Positions 27,682 to 37,454 of a stretch of DNA of 48,768 bases are shown one piece after another (position 1 is the stretch's first letter; each line of letters opens with the position of its first letter). Origin of the DNA: Planctomycetaceae bacterium (GTDB taxonomy: Bacteria > Planctomycetota > Planctomycetia > Planctomycetales > Planctomycetaceae); contig JAQGHT010000082.1 in the NCBI GenBank assembly GCA_028291565.1, forward strand, positions 1-48,768, in the 5' to 3' direction. The translations under genes were made by a program, and so were the position numbers. The notes beneath the pieces are model-generated. The model made no database searches. It worked only from the letters and a program-made list of their open reading frames with translations, and had not been told where the DNA came from.

Positions 27682-27994
27682 TGGAGGGCCTTTTTATCAA
27701 GATTGCGGAATCTCTCAGACCGACGGTGCAGGCCCAAGCTGTCAACCGTCAAACTAGCGCGGACGAACGAGGTTCCGAGCCAGGCAATGGCGTGATGGCA
27801 AGGTTTGGGTGCGCCGATCAAAAACAGAAGTAGTACTGCTACAGATCGCAGGCGGCCGTGATCATCAGGTCGGTCTGAGAGCCCGCATCTGATTCCCCCC
27901 ACAATGCAAAGGGCGTGCCGTCGGGCGACTGTAACCGGGCAGCGGGCCGATCGAGTCAGCCGGCAATTTGATGCTCGGCACGGCCGTTAAAGCA

Positions 27995-28071
27995 ACGTTT
28001 CCCACGTGTCTTTGCAAGTTGCAAACTGTGTTCGGCCGTATCAAAGCGGCAGGACCGGAAGTGGGAAACGT
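27995..28071. repeat. Nested inverted repeats in the 600-bp gap between the hybrid kinase and the Oxc-like gene
   Basis: The outer 11-bp arms are ACGTTTCCCAC (27995-28005) and GTGGGAAACGT (28061-28071). Inside lies the 15-bp palindrome TTTGCAA-G-TTGCAAA (28011-28025). Confidence 0.4.
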
Positions 28072-28279
28072 GCTGATCGGGGAACCAGGGATCGAAGGTG
28101 CCGGCGCGAAGGTTGCCCGGTTGGCAAGAGATGTGCCCACATTTAACGTGGACGGTCAGGTCGCGTCCGATTGTGAACTGGCGAATTCCATGAGCCTACG
28201 TTTGTGGGCACATTTCGATCCACAGTGGCAACTTAGCTGTCACAACTTCCCGTTGCTGTCACCAATTCAGACCTGGCGG

Positions 28280-31200
28280 CTAGGGGGATGCGGCAGTCAT
28301 TGCTTGAGATCGCAGGGTGTCGATTGACAGACCATCGACCTGCTGGATGAGTTCGCTGGCGATTACGTCGAGTTGCTCCATCAAGGGTTGGCACGCTTCG
28401 TGACAGCCTCCAGCCGCGCTGTCTTCAAGGTCAGACGCAATCGCGCCAGCAACCGATGAGAATGCCGCAAGCATGCCACATAATTTATGAGCGGCCTCGC
28501 GCAACAGCGGCATGTTGCGGCTCCGCAAAGAGTCCTTGGCCGCCTGAAGATGACCTGGAAGTCGGTCTCGAAATACTGTGCAAATGTTACGGAGAATGGC
28601 GTCGTCGCCGCCGCAGGCCGCGAGTAATACTTGCACATCGAGCAGGCCGGATTTCTGTTCCGCGAATGGAGACGTCGATGCCACCGGAACCGCCGCGTTG
28701 GCATTCATGACCCGGTCGATGGCCGCCCACAAAGCGGCGGCTTGAATCGGCTTGGACAGGAAATCGTCCATACCGGCTGCGAGACACTTGTCACGATCTT
28801 CTTTTCGGGAGCGTGCTGTCAAGGCAATAACAGGTAGATGTTCATTAACCGCTCGTTCTCGCTCGCGAATTCGCTGAATGACCTGGAAGCCGTCCAGTTC
28901 CGGCATGTGGATATCAAGGAATAACAGGTCGAATCTCTCCTCTTGGGCCAGATGGAGCGCCTCACGACCGTTGAATGCAACACCGACGCGGTGGCCTCGC
29001 CGAGAGAGCAATTGTTCCAGAAGTTGCGCATTGAATTCGTTATCTTCGGCCACCAGAATGCGCAGTGACGTGCTGATCTGATCAGGGGCCTGCATCGGTG
29101 GCCGAAACGGCACAGGTCCGCCAACAGCCGGAGCATCGGCATGAGTTTGACTCATCACTTGGTAGATCGTTTCCAGCAACTCATCCTGCCGGACGGGCTT
29201 GAGGAGACGAGCATCGATCCCTAATTGGTGCGAGCGAGCTGCGTCATCATTCCGGTCTCCGGATGTTAATAGAACGATGCGCGTGGCGGAACGCGACGTC
29301 CGCTCTCGGATCCTGGCTGCGAGTGCCAGCCCGTCTGTGTCCGGCATGCGCGCGTCGAGAAGAATGAGTGCGAACTGCCGTTCAGTCGTGGCGGATTGCC
29401 AGAGAGCGTCCATTGCCGCCACCCCGTCACCAACGGCCGTCGGCTTCATCTTCCATCCGTGCAGCCATTCTTCCAGGATATACCGATTTGTCTCGTTATC
29501 ATCAACAATAAGTACGGGCAGGTCTTGAAGCAGGACAGGTGGTTGGGCAGAAATCGTTTCCGAGGATTGCGTCTGTCGTCTGCAGGAGGCCGTGAATGTG
29601 AAGGTACTCCCCCGACCGGGCTGACTGACCACGGAGATTTTTCCCCCCATCAGCGCGACCAGGCGCGAGGCGATCGTCAAGCCGAGACCAGTTCCGCCGT
29701 ATTTTCGCGTGGTGGAAGTGTCTTCTTGTTCAAAGGCCCGGAAGATCGCTTCGTGTTTATCGGGTGGGATCCCGATTCCCGTATCGGTCACGGAAAAGAG
29801 CAACCTGACCTCATCGTCCAGCGTCGGTTCGTCGGTACATTCAACCCGAACAACGACATCACCCTGTTCGGTAAACTTGAGGGCATTGCCGATCAGGTTG
29901 AGCAGGATCTGGCGCAACCGGCCGGAGTCCCCGACCAGTGCGTCGGGCACGCCCGGATGGACGTCGCTGATCAACTCCAGCCCCTTTCTGTGGGCTCGCA
30001 TGGCCAGGGTCCGCAGCGTTTCGCCCAGCACCGACCGCAACGAGAAGTCGGCCAGGTCCAGCTCCAGTTTGCCGGACTCGATCTTGGAGAAGTCGAGCAG
30101 GTCGTTAATGATGTTGAGCAGATTATCGGCGGCGGCTTTAACGGTTTTCAGGGATTGCCGCTGATCCTCTGCAAGCGAAGTGTCAAGGACCAGTTCGGTC
30201 ATGCCCAGGATGGCGTTCATGGGAGTGCGAATCTCGTGGCTGACGTTGGCGAGAAACTCATCCTTGGCTCGGTTGGCCGATTCGGCGGCCTCTTTGGCGA
30301 CGCGCAACTCCTCTGCGGTAGTCTTTCCGTCCGTGATATCCGTGCATGTGCCGAACCATTTAAAGATGTTGCCTGCACCATCTCGGATCGGTACCCCGCG
30401 CGTCTTGAACCAGCGGTACTCGCCGTCCGTGTGGCGGACGCGGTATTCTACGTCGTACGTATCTGGCCCTTCGACGGCGGCTGTCCATGCCTGCCGGGTG
30501 CGTTCGCGGTCCTCGGCGTGCAGCGTTTCCAGCCAGCGCCAACCGAGCAACTCGTTTTCGGCTACGCCTGTGTGGTGCGTCCACTGCGTGCTGAAGTAGT
30601 CACACGCGCCGTCCGGCGTCGCGGTCCAAACCAATTGCGGCAACGCCTCCGTCAGACTCCTCCAGCGATGTTCGCTCGCTCGGAGCGCTTCGTCGCTGCG
30701 CTTTCGCTCGGTAATGTCCCGCACCAAAGCCACCGTGAAACGTCGACCGCCCTCCCAGAACGACTGGCCCCTGACCTCCACGGGGAATACAGTCCCGTCT
30801 TTGCGGCGGTGCCGGGACTCGAATGCCATGATCTCACCGTCATCAAGCTGGCGACTGATCTCCTCGATATTGAATGGAGTGACGTCGGGGTCAAAGTCCG
30901 TCGGAACCATTCCGAGCAGCTCTTCACGCGTGTACCCCAGGCTTTCGCAGGCTTGACGGTTCACGTCCAGGACCATGTATCGTTCGTCCTGCAGGAAGAA
31001 CGCATCCGTCGCATGGTTCACAAATGTCTGAAACCGTTGCTCGCTTTCGCGAAGTGCCGTTTCAGCCCACTTTCGCTCGGTAATGTCTTCAGCCAGTCCG
31101 GCAAAACGGCGAATGTTTCCAATTTGATTGTCGTTTCCAACTTGCTTGTCAACTGGGAAAGCGCGACTACGTATCCAGCGAATCGAACCGTCCGGTCGGA

Positions 31201-31834
31201 CGATGCGGAATTCCAATTCTGAGAAGACACCGTGCCGATACTGCTCGATGCATTCGATTGCCCTGTCGCGATCATCAGAATAGACACTTTCGTTCAAGGA
31301 GCGAGGTTGCTCGTAAAGGCTCTGACACGTCCGACCCCAAACCGCTTCGTAGCCTGGGCTAACGTAAGTGATTCGATCTTCCTGTGTATCAAACAACCAG
31401 AAAATCTCATGGATATTCTCCGCCATTTGACGGAAGCGTTCCTCGGCTTCTTGTAAAGTCTTCTCGGCTCGCTGGCGCTCGTGGGTCAACAGGCGACGCT
31501 GGGTCCGATGCAGGGACTCGCTTAAGATGCTGAGCATTGCGCCGACCAATACGAACAAGCAAAATCCGACGGCGACGTGGGTGTACGACAGGGGAAGCGA
31601 GGACTGTGTCGTCAATAGAAAATAGCCGGCCGCAAGCGAACTGAGGACCGTTGCCAATAATCCGGAGCGAAGGCCTCCATAGTACGCGGCGAGGGCGACG
31701 GCCGGAAAAAATGTCATGTGTGGAAGCCGATCTTCCAGCACTGTCCAGAGAGGCCAACGGATCAGGAGCGAGACCGCCGGCCCCAGCACGGCGATACTAT
31801 AAGCAACCAGTGGGGTACGTCGAGTTTCGTTCAT
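28280..31834 (-). CDS. Hybrid sensor histidine kinase: membrane N-terminus, multiple PAS/PAC, HisKA, HATPase_c, two receiver domains, HPt
   Basis: H-box SHEIRTPMNAILGMTEL, G2 GGTGLGLTIASRLV, REC1 VLIVDDNETN..LILLDARMPDTDG, REC2 ILVAEDNEFN..LLFLDIHMPELDG, and HPt AAHKLCGMLAAFS. Four N-terminal TM helices. Confidence 0.9.
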   Translation of the reverse strand: MNETRRTPLVAYSIAVLGPAVSLLIRWPLWTVLEDRLPHMTFFPAVALAAYYGGLRSGLLATVLSSLAAGYFLLTTQSSLPLSYTHVAVGFCLFVLVGAMLSILSESLHRTQRRLLTHERQRAEKTLQEAEERFRQMAENIHEIFWLFDTQEDRITYVSPGYEAVWGRTCQSLYEQPRSLNESVYSDDRDRAIECIEQYRHGVFSELEFRIVRPDGSIRWIRSRAFPVDKQVGNDNQIGNIRRFAGLAEDITERKWAETALRESEQRFQTFVNHATDAFFLQDERYMVLDVNRQACESLGYTREELLGMVPTDFDPDVTPFNIEEISRQLDDGEIMAFESRHRRKDGTVFPVEVRGQSFWEGGRRFTVALVRDITERKRSDEALRASEHRWRSLTEALPQLVWTATPDGACDYFSTQWTHHTGVAENELLGWRWLETLHAEDRERTRQAWTAAVEGPDTYDVEYRVRHTDGEYRWFKTRGVPIRDGAGNIFKWFGTCTDITDGKTTAEELRVAKEAAESANRAKDEFLANVSHEIRTPMNAILGMTELVLDTSLAEDQRQSLKTVKAAADNLLNIINDLLDFSKIESGKLELDLADFSLRSVLGETLRTLAMRAHRKGLELISDVHPGVPDALVGDSGRLRQILLNLIGNALKFTEQGDVVVRVECTDEPTLDDEVRLLFSVTDTGIGIPPDKHEAIFRAFEQEDTSTTRKYGGTGLGLTIASRLVALMGGKISVVSQPGRGSTFTFTASCRRQTQSSETISAQPPVLLQDLPVLIVDDNETNRYILEEWLHGWKMKPTAVGDGVAAMDALWQSATTERQFALILLDARMPDTDGLALAARIRERTSRSATRIVLLTSGDRNDDAARSHQLGIDARLLKPVRQDELLETIYQVMSQTHADAPAVGGPVPFRPPMQAPDQISTSLRILVAEDNEFNAQLLEQLLSRRGHRVGVAFNGREALHLAQEERFDLLFLDIHMPELDGFQVIQRIRERERAVNEHLPVIALTARSRKEDRDKCLAAGMDDFLSKPIQAAALWAAIDRVMNANAAVPVASTSPFAEQKSGLLDVQVLLAACGGDDAILRNICTVFRDRLPGHLQAAKDSLRSRNMPLLREAAHKLCGMLAAFSSVAGAIASDLEDSAAGGCHEACQPLMEQLDVIASELIQQVDGLSIDTLRSQAMTAASP

Positions 31835-32080
31835 GCCAGCCTCGCCGGGAACTGGAAATGCTTATGACGGACTTCAAAACAGGTCGACAGACGTCGAATT
31901 CTCACGAATGCTCCTCCCTTAACCGGATTGGCTGAAAGATGCGAATCAAATGCCAATCGGCACAATATCAAGTTCCGTGACTCTCCGATCAAACTCTGAT
32001 TTGCTGGACAGATCGCGTGTTCTGAGCAACAATGACCACGCCCCGCTTCAGCCCTCAATGATATTGGTTGCGATCCCAAA

Positions 32081-33526
32081 ATGGCACACTTATTGCTAAT
32101 TGATGATGACCCGGAGTTGGTTGCCGAACAAGTACGATCGGCATTCCCAACTCCAGTCCACCGGTTTAACGTGGCACTCACTGGTGCGGAAGGATTGAAA
32201 AAAGTTGTCGCTGATCCACCTGCTGTGGTACTTCTCGACCTGCGGCTTCCGGATCAGTCGGGCTTGGATGTCTATCAACGGATTCGCGACCTAGATGCCC
32301 GGATCCCCGTCATTTTCATTACCACGGCCAAGGGCGCGGACGCGGCCATCGAAGCAATGAAGCTGGGCGCCTATGATTACATGTTTAAGCCGCTCAACTT
32401 GCACGAACTGCGGCGCGTCGTCGGTGAGGCACTCGACGTAGCCGATCGCATGCGCAAGCCGGCCGTCGTCGCCGAGTCCACTGTCGACACCGACGTAGAA
32501 GGCGCAATCATCGGGAGCTGCGCGGCCATGCGTGAGGTCTACAAGGCCATTGGCAGGGTCGCCGGCCAGGACGTCGCTGTGTTAATCACTGGTGAAACGG
32601 GCACTGGTAAAGAATTGATCGCCCGTGCCATCTACCAGCATAGTCTACGTGGTAAAGGGCTGTTTCTGGCTCTGAACTGCGCTGCCATTCCAGAAAACCT
32701 GCTGGAAAGTGAATTATTCGGACATGAAAAGGGCGCTTTCACCGGGGCCGACCGTCGTCGCATCGGCAAGTTTGAACAATGCAACGGAGGAACCATTTTT
32801 CTGGACGAAATCGGCGATATGCCACTCACCCTGCAGGCAAAAATGCTCCGCTTGCTGCAGGAACAAACTTTCGAGCGCGTCGGAGGCAATGAAACTGTTC
32901 GCACAGACGTGCGGTTGATCGCCGCCACTCATCATGACCTGAAGAATGACTCCGTAGCGGGGAAATTCCGGTCGGATTTGTATTATCGCTTGAGCGTTTT
33001 TACCATCCACCTGCCTCCATTGCGCGAGCGTGGCGACGACTTATCCATGTTGGTACAGCATTATTTGCGTCGCTTCAGTCGAGAACTGGGCCGCGAGGTC
33101 CAGGAAATTGCGCCTGAAGCGTTGGAGCGCTTACACAATTGCTCATGGCCCGGAAACATCCGCGAATTGCAGAGCATCTTGAAACAGGCACTCTTACAAG
33201 CTCGCGGCACTATACTACTCTCTGCCTTCCTGCCAAAGCTCCCGGGAGAGACCTGTGATCCGGCTAGCGAATCAACTTCCGTAGCGGACGATTCCAGCCT
33301 CGAAGCAATCCTCGCTCTTTGCCTTTCGGCCGAACAAGGCGACCTCTACGCAGAAGCGCACCGTCAATTGGATCGACATTTGCTGCCACGTGTTCTGGAT
33401 GAAACGGATGGAAATCAACTTCAGGCCGCTCTCCGGTTGGGAATTGGGAGGGAGACACTACGCCGCAGACTCCGCGAACTGGGACTCCACGTCTCTCGTC
33501 AGGTTTCCGCTGATGACGACAAGTGA
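32081..33526 (+). CDS. Sigma-54-dependent transcriptional activator, NtrC family (REC - AAA+ - Fis HTH)
   Basis: REC LLLIDDDPE..VVLLDLRLPDQSG, Walker A GETGTGKE, the sigma-54 contact loop GAFTGA (ESELFGHEKGAFTGA), and a C-terminal HTH GNQLQAALRLGIGRETLRRRLRELG. Confidence 0.9.
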   Translation: MAHLLLIDDDPELVAEQVRSAFPTPVHRFNVALTGAEGLKKVVADPPAVVLLDLRLPDQSGLDVYQRIRDLDARIPVIFITTAKGADAAIEAMKLGAYDYMFKPLNLHELRRVVGEALDVADRMRKPAVVAESTVDTDVEGAIIGSCAAMREVYKAIGRVAGQDVAVLITGETGTGKELIARAIYQHSLRGKGLFLALNCAAIPENLLESELFGHEKGAFTGADRRRIGKFEQCNGGTIFLDEIGDMPLTLQAKMLRLLQEQTFERVGGNETVRTDVRLIAATHHDLKNDSVAGKFRSDLYYRLSVFTIHLPPLRERGDDLSMLVQHYLRRFSRELGREVQEIAPEALERLHNCSWPGNIRELQSILKQALLQARGTILLSAFLPKLPGETCDPASESTSVADDSSLEAILALCLSAEQGDLYAEAHRQLDRHLLPRVLDETDGNQLQAALRLGIGRETLRRRLRELGLHVSRQVSADDDK

Positions 33527-33652
33527 TAATTCGCCGCTCCGGCTCGAATCAGGGCTCGAATTTTCCGCTGCGCCATGACTGTCGCCGCTCCGGTTACGCC
33601 TTCAACGGTTTTAAATGCCGTCAAATTGGGTTACGCAAATCCTAAGAGCAAG

Positions 33653-33679
33653 TTCCTGGGCGACTGCCTCAAATCTTGC
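33653..33679 (+). promoter_or_regulatory. Copy 1 of a 27-nt conserved motif (TTCCTrGGCGACTGCCTCAAATCyTGC)
   Basis: 25/27 identical to 42588-42614. It lies 127 nt after the activator stop codon and 70 nt before the mbfA-like ATG. Confidence 0.4.
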
Positions 33680-33748
33680 CACTCGATGATTGCCGCAGTT
33701 TATCCGCTACTCCGCCCTGCAACGTGGAATTTCGAGAAGTCCAAAATC

Positions 33749-34705
33749 ATGCGATCTTTTCAGAGCCTCAGCGAGCAGGAAATTCTGGCCTTGGCCATCT
33801 CCCTCGAAGAAGAAGATGCTCGCATATACGGCGACTTCGCCGAAGGGATTAAGACCGACTATCCTGCCACCGCGTTGATCCTCAACAATATGCGAGCCGA
33901 AGAGAACGGCCACCGGCACCGACTCATCGAGCTGCACCGCCAGAAGTTCGGCGAACACATTCCGCTGATTCGGAGGCACGACGTCCAGGGATTCGTCAAT
34001 CGCAAGCCGATTTGGCTCGTGCGTCCTCTCGGGCTGTCTGCTATTCGCAAAGAAACCGAATTGATGGAGCTGGAAACGAGGCGATTTTATGAGACAGCCG
34101 CCCGGAAGGCCACCGACGCCGGAATCCGACAGCTCCTCGGAGACTTGACCGAAGAGGAACGCAAGCACTCGTTGCTCGTTGAAGAATTGGACAGCGCGCA
34201 CCGTTACTCCGGGGCGGCCGAAAATGAGGCTGATACGGAGAAGCGATTGTTCATTCTCCAGGTGATCCAGCCTGGTTTGGCCGGGCTGATGGACGGATCT
34301 GTATCAACGCTTGCTCCCATTTTCGCCGCCGCATTCGCCACCCGTGACAGTTGGCAAACCTTTCTGGTGGGCCTTGCGGCCAGCCTGGGAGCCGGCATCA
34401 GCATGGGGTTCGCCGAGGCACTCTCCGACGATGGCAGCCTCACGGGTCGCGGCCGGCCGTGGACGCGTGGCGTCGTCTGTGGATTGATGACTACGTTGGG
34501 AGGGCTGGGACACACCTTGCCATACCTGATTCCACGGTACCAAACCGCCACGGCCGCTGCGGTCGGAGTGGTTCTGGTTGAGTTGGCCGTGATTTCCTGG
34601 GTCCGCCATCGATTCATGGACACGCCGCTGGCGTCGGCGGTCTTCCAAGTCATGATCGGCGGACTCCTCGTCTTTCTGACCGGCATTCTCATCGGCAGTT
34701 CCTGA
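33749..34705 (+). CDS. mbfA: Membrane-bound ferritin-like iron exporter (erythrin domain fused to a VIT1/CCC1 transporter), MbfA-like
   Basis: The N-terminal four-helix di-iron motifs are EEEDARIY, EENGHRHRL, ELETRRFY and EEERKHSL. The C-terminal VIT1 region is GLMDGSVSTLAPIFAAA...GISMGFAEALSDDG plus TM helices. ATG 33749 was chosen because the upstream part of ORF 33575.. has no domain. Confidence 0.75.
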   Translation: MRSFQSLSEQEILALAISLEEEDARIYGDFAEGIKTDYPATALILNNMRAEENGHRHRLIELHRQKFGEHIPLIRRHDVQGFVNRKPIWLVRPLGLSAIRKETELMELETRRFYETAARKATDAGIRQLLGDLTEEERKHSLLVEELDSAHRYSGAAENEADTEKRLFILQVIQPGLAGLMDGSVSTLAPIFAAAFATRDSWQTFLVGLAASLGAGISMGFAEALSDDGSLTGRGRPWTRGVVCGLMTTLGGLGHTLPYLIPRYQTATAAAVGVVLVELAVISWVRHRFMDTPLASAVFQVMIGGLLVFLTGILIGSS

Positions 34706-34721
34706 AGTGATGGAGGCAGGC

Positions 34722-34892
34722 ATGAATTGGTTAACGTGGGCCCTCTTATCGGCCGGGTTTGCCGGAGTGACGGCAATTCTCGCCAAAATCGGCGTCAAGG
34801 ACGTGGACTCGAATCTGGCGACGGCAGTCCGTACCTCTGTGATCCTGTTCGTGAGTTCAATTCGCGATTGCTCACGCCAGGCGGCCCCCTAA
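34722..34892 (+). pseudogene. Truncated EamA/DMT small transporter gene (first ~45 codons only)
   Basis: A GGAGG RBS is followed by MNWLTWALLSAGFAGVTAILAKIGVKDVDSNLATAVRTSVILFV, the conserved N-terminus of ~140-aa EamA-like proteins. The sequence then becomes the unrelated SSIRDCSRQAAP and stops, overlapping the stop of the convergent kinase gene. Confidence 0.55.
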
Positions 34893-37192
34893 TTGCTGTC
34901 AAGTACCTTCCGTACCTTCGATGCCAGAGACGCCGGACCAAAGGGCTTTTGGAGAAACGCGACTTCGGCACGCAGGATTCCATGCCGCACTACCGCGTCG
35001 TCTGTGTAACCAGACAGGAACAAGACCTTCAACTCTGGATACAATCCCGTCAGATGCTCGGCCACTTGGCGACCGTCCATTCCGGGCATGACGACATCGG
35101 TCAGTAACAATTGGATTCGTCCCTGATGCTGCTCGGCGACCTTCACAGCCTCAGAACCGTCACGAGCCTCGAGTACGGTGTACCCGGACCGTACGAGGAT
35201 GTGACGGCTGATCGCGCGCACGGCGTCTTCATCCTCCACAAGCAACACCGTCTCGCTTCCCCGCGGCATCACCGCTGGACTAAGACCGGAGTTGCTTAAT
35301 GATTCCTCTTGTTCCACGCGCGGCAGGTAGACCTTGAAAGTCGTCCCATGTCCTACCTCAGTGTAGACGTTCACGTGGCCCCCGCTCTGTTTCACAATGC
35401 CATGTACTGTGGCCAGCCCAATTCCTGTCCCGCTCTCCCCTTTGGTACTAAAAAAAGGCTCAAAGATTCGGCTCGACGTGGCTTGGTCCATTCCACAACC
35501 GGTGTCGCTGACCGCCAAAAGCACATGTGGGCCAGGCCGGGAGTCCAAATGTTCCCGCGAGTATGTCTCGTCCAAGTCGGCGTTGCGCAATTCGAGGGTG
35601 AGCTGCCCCCCCTGAGGCATCGCGTCGCGAGCGTTAACGATCAAGTTAAACACCACCTGCTCGATCTGGCTCGCGTCGGCCTTCACCGCCCCCACGTCCG
35701 GCTCATTGATCACAGTCAGTTGGATGTCTTCACCGAGGATTCGGTGGAGCATTATGTCCAGGTTCGCCACGAGCGTTCCGAGGTCCAGTACTCGAGGTTC
35801 GACGATCGCCTTGCGGCTGAAGGTCAGCAATTGATGAGTGAGGCTGGCGGCCCGATCCCCGGCCGCCGCGACCTCCAGAATCAGCGCACGCAGCGGATCG
35901 GTCGCAGATAATTGATCGAGTACGATCTCGCTGCATCCGTTAATAATTGTTAATAAGTTATTGAAGTCGTGAGCGACGCCGCCAGCCAGACGGCCAACGG
36001 CCTCGATCTTCTGGGACTGGTGGAGCTGGTCTTCGAGATGCTTGCGTTCGGTAATGTCCGTCCACGAGCCGACGGCTTCGACCGGCTGGCCTGCTTCGTC
36101 GCGGATCACACGCAGCTCGCACCGTGTCCAGCGATAACCCGCGTCGCTGTGCCGGAACCGGTATTCGTAAGTAGATCGTTCCAGTTTGAGCAGATTTGTC
36201 TGGAATTGCACGATGATATGGTCCCGATCGTCCGGGTGTACGTTGGCCATCCACCACTCCTGCCCCAAGGCTTCAGAAGTTAAATACCCGAACACGTTCG
36301 GCAAGTTGTCACTGGCCCATGTAATACACAGGTCATGGTTACCAGCGACGGACAAACTGAAGAGAACGGACGGACTGGCAACGACGTGACGCAATCGTTG
36401 CTGAAGTCTGCGCAATTCATTTTCAAGGTATTTGCGGTTGGTGATGTCGCGCAAATACGCAGTGAACATCGCTTCGCCCACGAACGAAATCCGCTTTAGC
36501 GACAACTCCACCGGAAATTCGCTCCCATTCGCTCGCAGGGCAACCAGTTGCAACCGGTTCGCAAAACACGAACTGAGCTCGGTCGTCAGATGATGGGGCA
36601 CGAACTCGGGCAATAGCATCGTAACCGGCTTGCAAGACAATTCTTCTCGCGAATAGCAGAAGAGCTTTTCTGTTTGGGAGTTGACGAGCATGATTTGTTC
36701 GTCGCGATTCATAATGATGATGGCATCCGGAACTGATTCCAGCAGTCCCCGGAATTTCTCCTCGCCCTGCGGCGAAGGGGCCTCATTCGCGACGTTCTTT
36801 GAGATTATCAGGTAGCCAATGTGTTCGCCGGAAGCGTCATGATAGGGCGTCATGGTGGAGCGGACCATGACCTGCTCTTGATTCTTTCGGACGTGAGTCA
36901 GTATCCCTTCCCATTTGCCATGAATTAGTACTTCCTGCTTGATCGTCCGGGGTAGATCGGCGGCCACGTCTTCAGGGGTATTGAGTATTTCCGAATTGGC
37001 TCGACCGAGCATCTCCTCGTCCGTGTAGCCGTACATTCGCCGAGCGCCTTCATTCCACAAGATGATCACCCCATCAAGCGTTTGCGCGACAATTGAATGG
37101 TCAGTGGACGACTGGATGATATTGGAGATGAACTCCAATGCCTCCAGCGGGCGGCTTCCCACGATGGCGGAGTGGAAGAGCGAGGGCTTCAT
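34889..37192 (-). CDS. Cytoplasmic PAS-rich hybrid histidine kinase (3-4 PAS, HisKA, HATPase_c, C-terminal receiver)
   Basis: H-box AHDFNNLLTIINGCSE, G-boxes DTGCGMD and GTGIGLATVHGIV, and receiver VLLVEDEDAVRA..LLLTDVVMPGMDG..FLQKPF. No TM segments. Confidence 0.9.
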   Translation of the reverse strand: MKPSLFHSAIVGSRPLEALEFISNIIQSSTDHSIVAQTLDGVIILWNEGARRMYGYTDEEMLGRANSEILNTPEDVAADLPRTIKQEVLIHGKWEGILTHVRKNQEQVMVRSTMTPYHDASGEHIGYLIISKNVANEAPSPQGEEKFRGLLESVPDAIIIMNRDEQIMLVNSQTEKLFCYSREELSCKPVTMLLPEFVPHHLTTELSSCFANRLQLVALRANGSEFPVELSLKRISFVGEAMFTAYLRDITNRKYLENELRRLQQRLRHVVASPSVLFSLSVAGNHDLCITWASDNLPNVFGYLTSEALGQEWWMANVHPDDRDHIIVQFQTNLLKLERSTYEYRFRHSDAGYRWTRCELRVIRDEAGQPVEAVGSWTDITERKHLEDQLHQSQKIEAVGRLAGGVAHDFNNLLTIINGCSEIVLDQLSATDPLRALILEVAAAGDRAASLTHQLLTFSRKAIVEPRVLDLGTLVANLDIMLHRILGEDIQLTVINEPDVGAVKADASQIEQVVFNLIVNARDAMPQGGQLTLELRNADLDETYSREHLDSRPGPHVLLAVSDTGCGMDQATSSRIFEPFFSTKGESGTGIGLATVHGIVKQSGGHVNVYTEVGHGTTFKVYLPRVEQEESLSNSGLSPAVMPRGSETVLLVEDEDAVRAISRHILVRSGYTVLEARDGSEAVKVAEQHQGRIQLLLTDVVMPGMDGRQVAEHLTGLYPELKVLFLSGYTDDAVVRHGILRAEVAFLQKPFGPASLASKVRKVLDSN

Positions 37193-37454
37193 CTGCGATT
37201 CTTTCGTTGTGCCACGAATCTGCCACCCTCTTCTGGTCCAAGTCCGTGGATAGGACAGAACTTGATACCTGACGGCAAAGCCCTCACGGAATTCTCAGGG
37301 TATTTTTCGGAACTGTGGTAACCGAACTGCGGCGTTGATTGTTGCGTGGCTCGACTTTCGATCAACAAGTGCAGGCTCACTCAAGATTTGTGAGAGTCCG
37401 TCCGGCAACTTGAACCAATCGAATTCGATGAAAACAAGGATCGACATTAATGAG

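Noticed and set aside
27865-28327. ORFs 27865..28140 (minus, 91 aa) and 27968..28327 (plus, 119 aa) in the kinase / Oxc-like gap.
   Set aside because: They overlap each other and have no motifs, no RBS and an odd composition. The plus-strand ORF runs into the kinase 3' end. The region is better explained as regulatory or non-coding.
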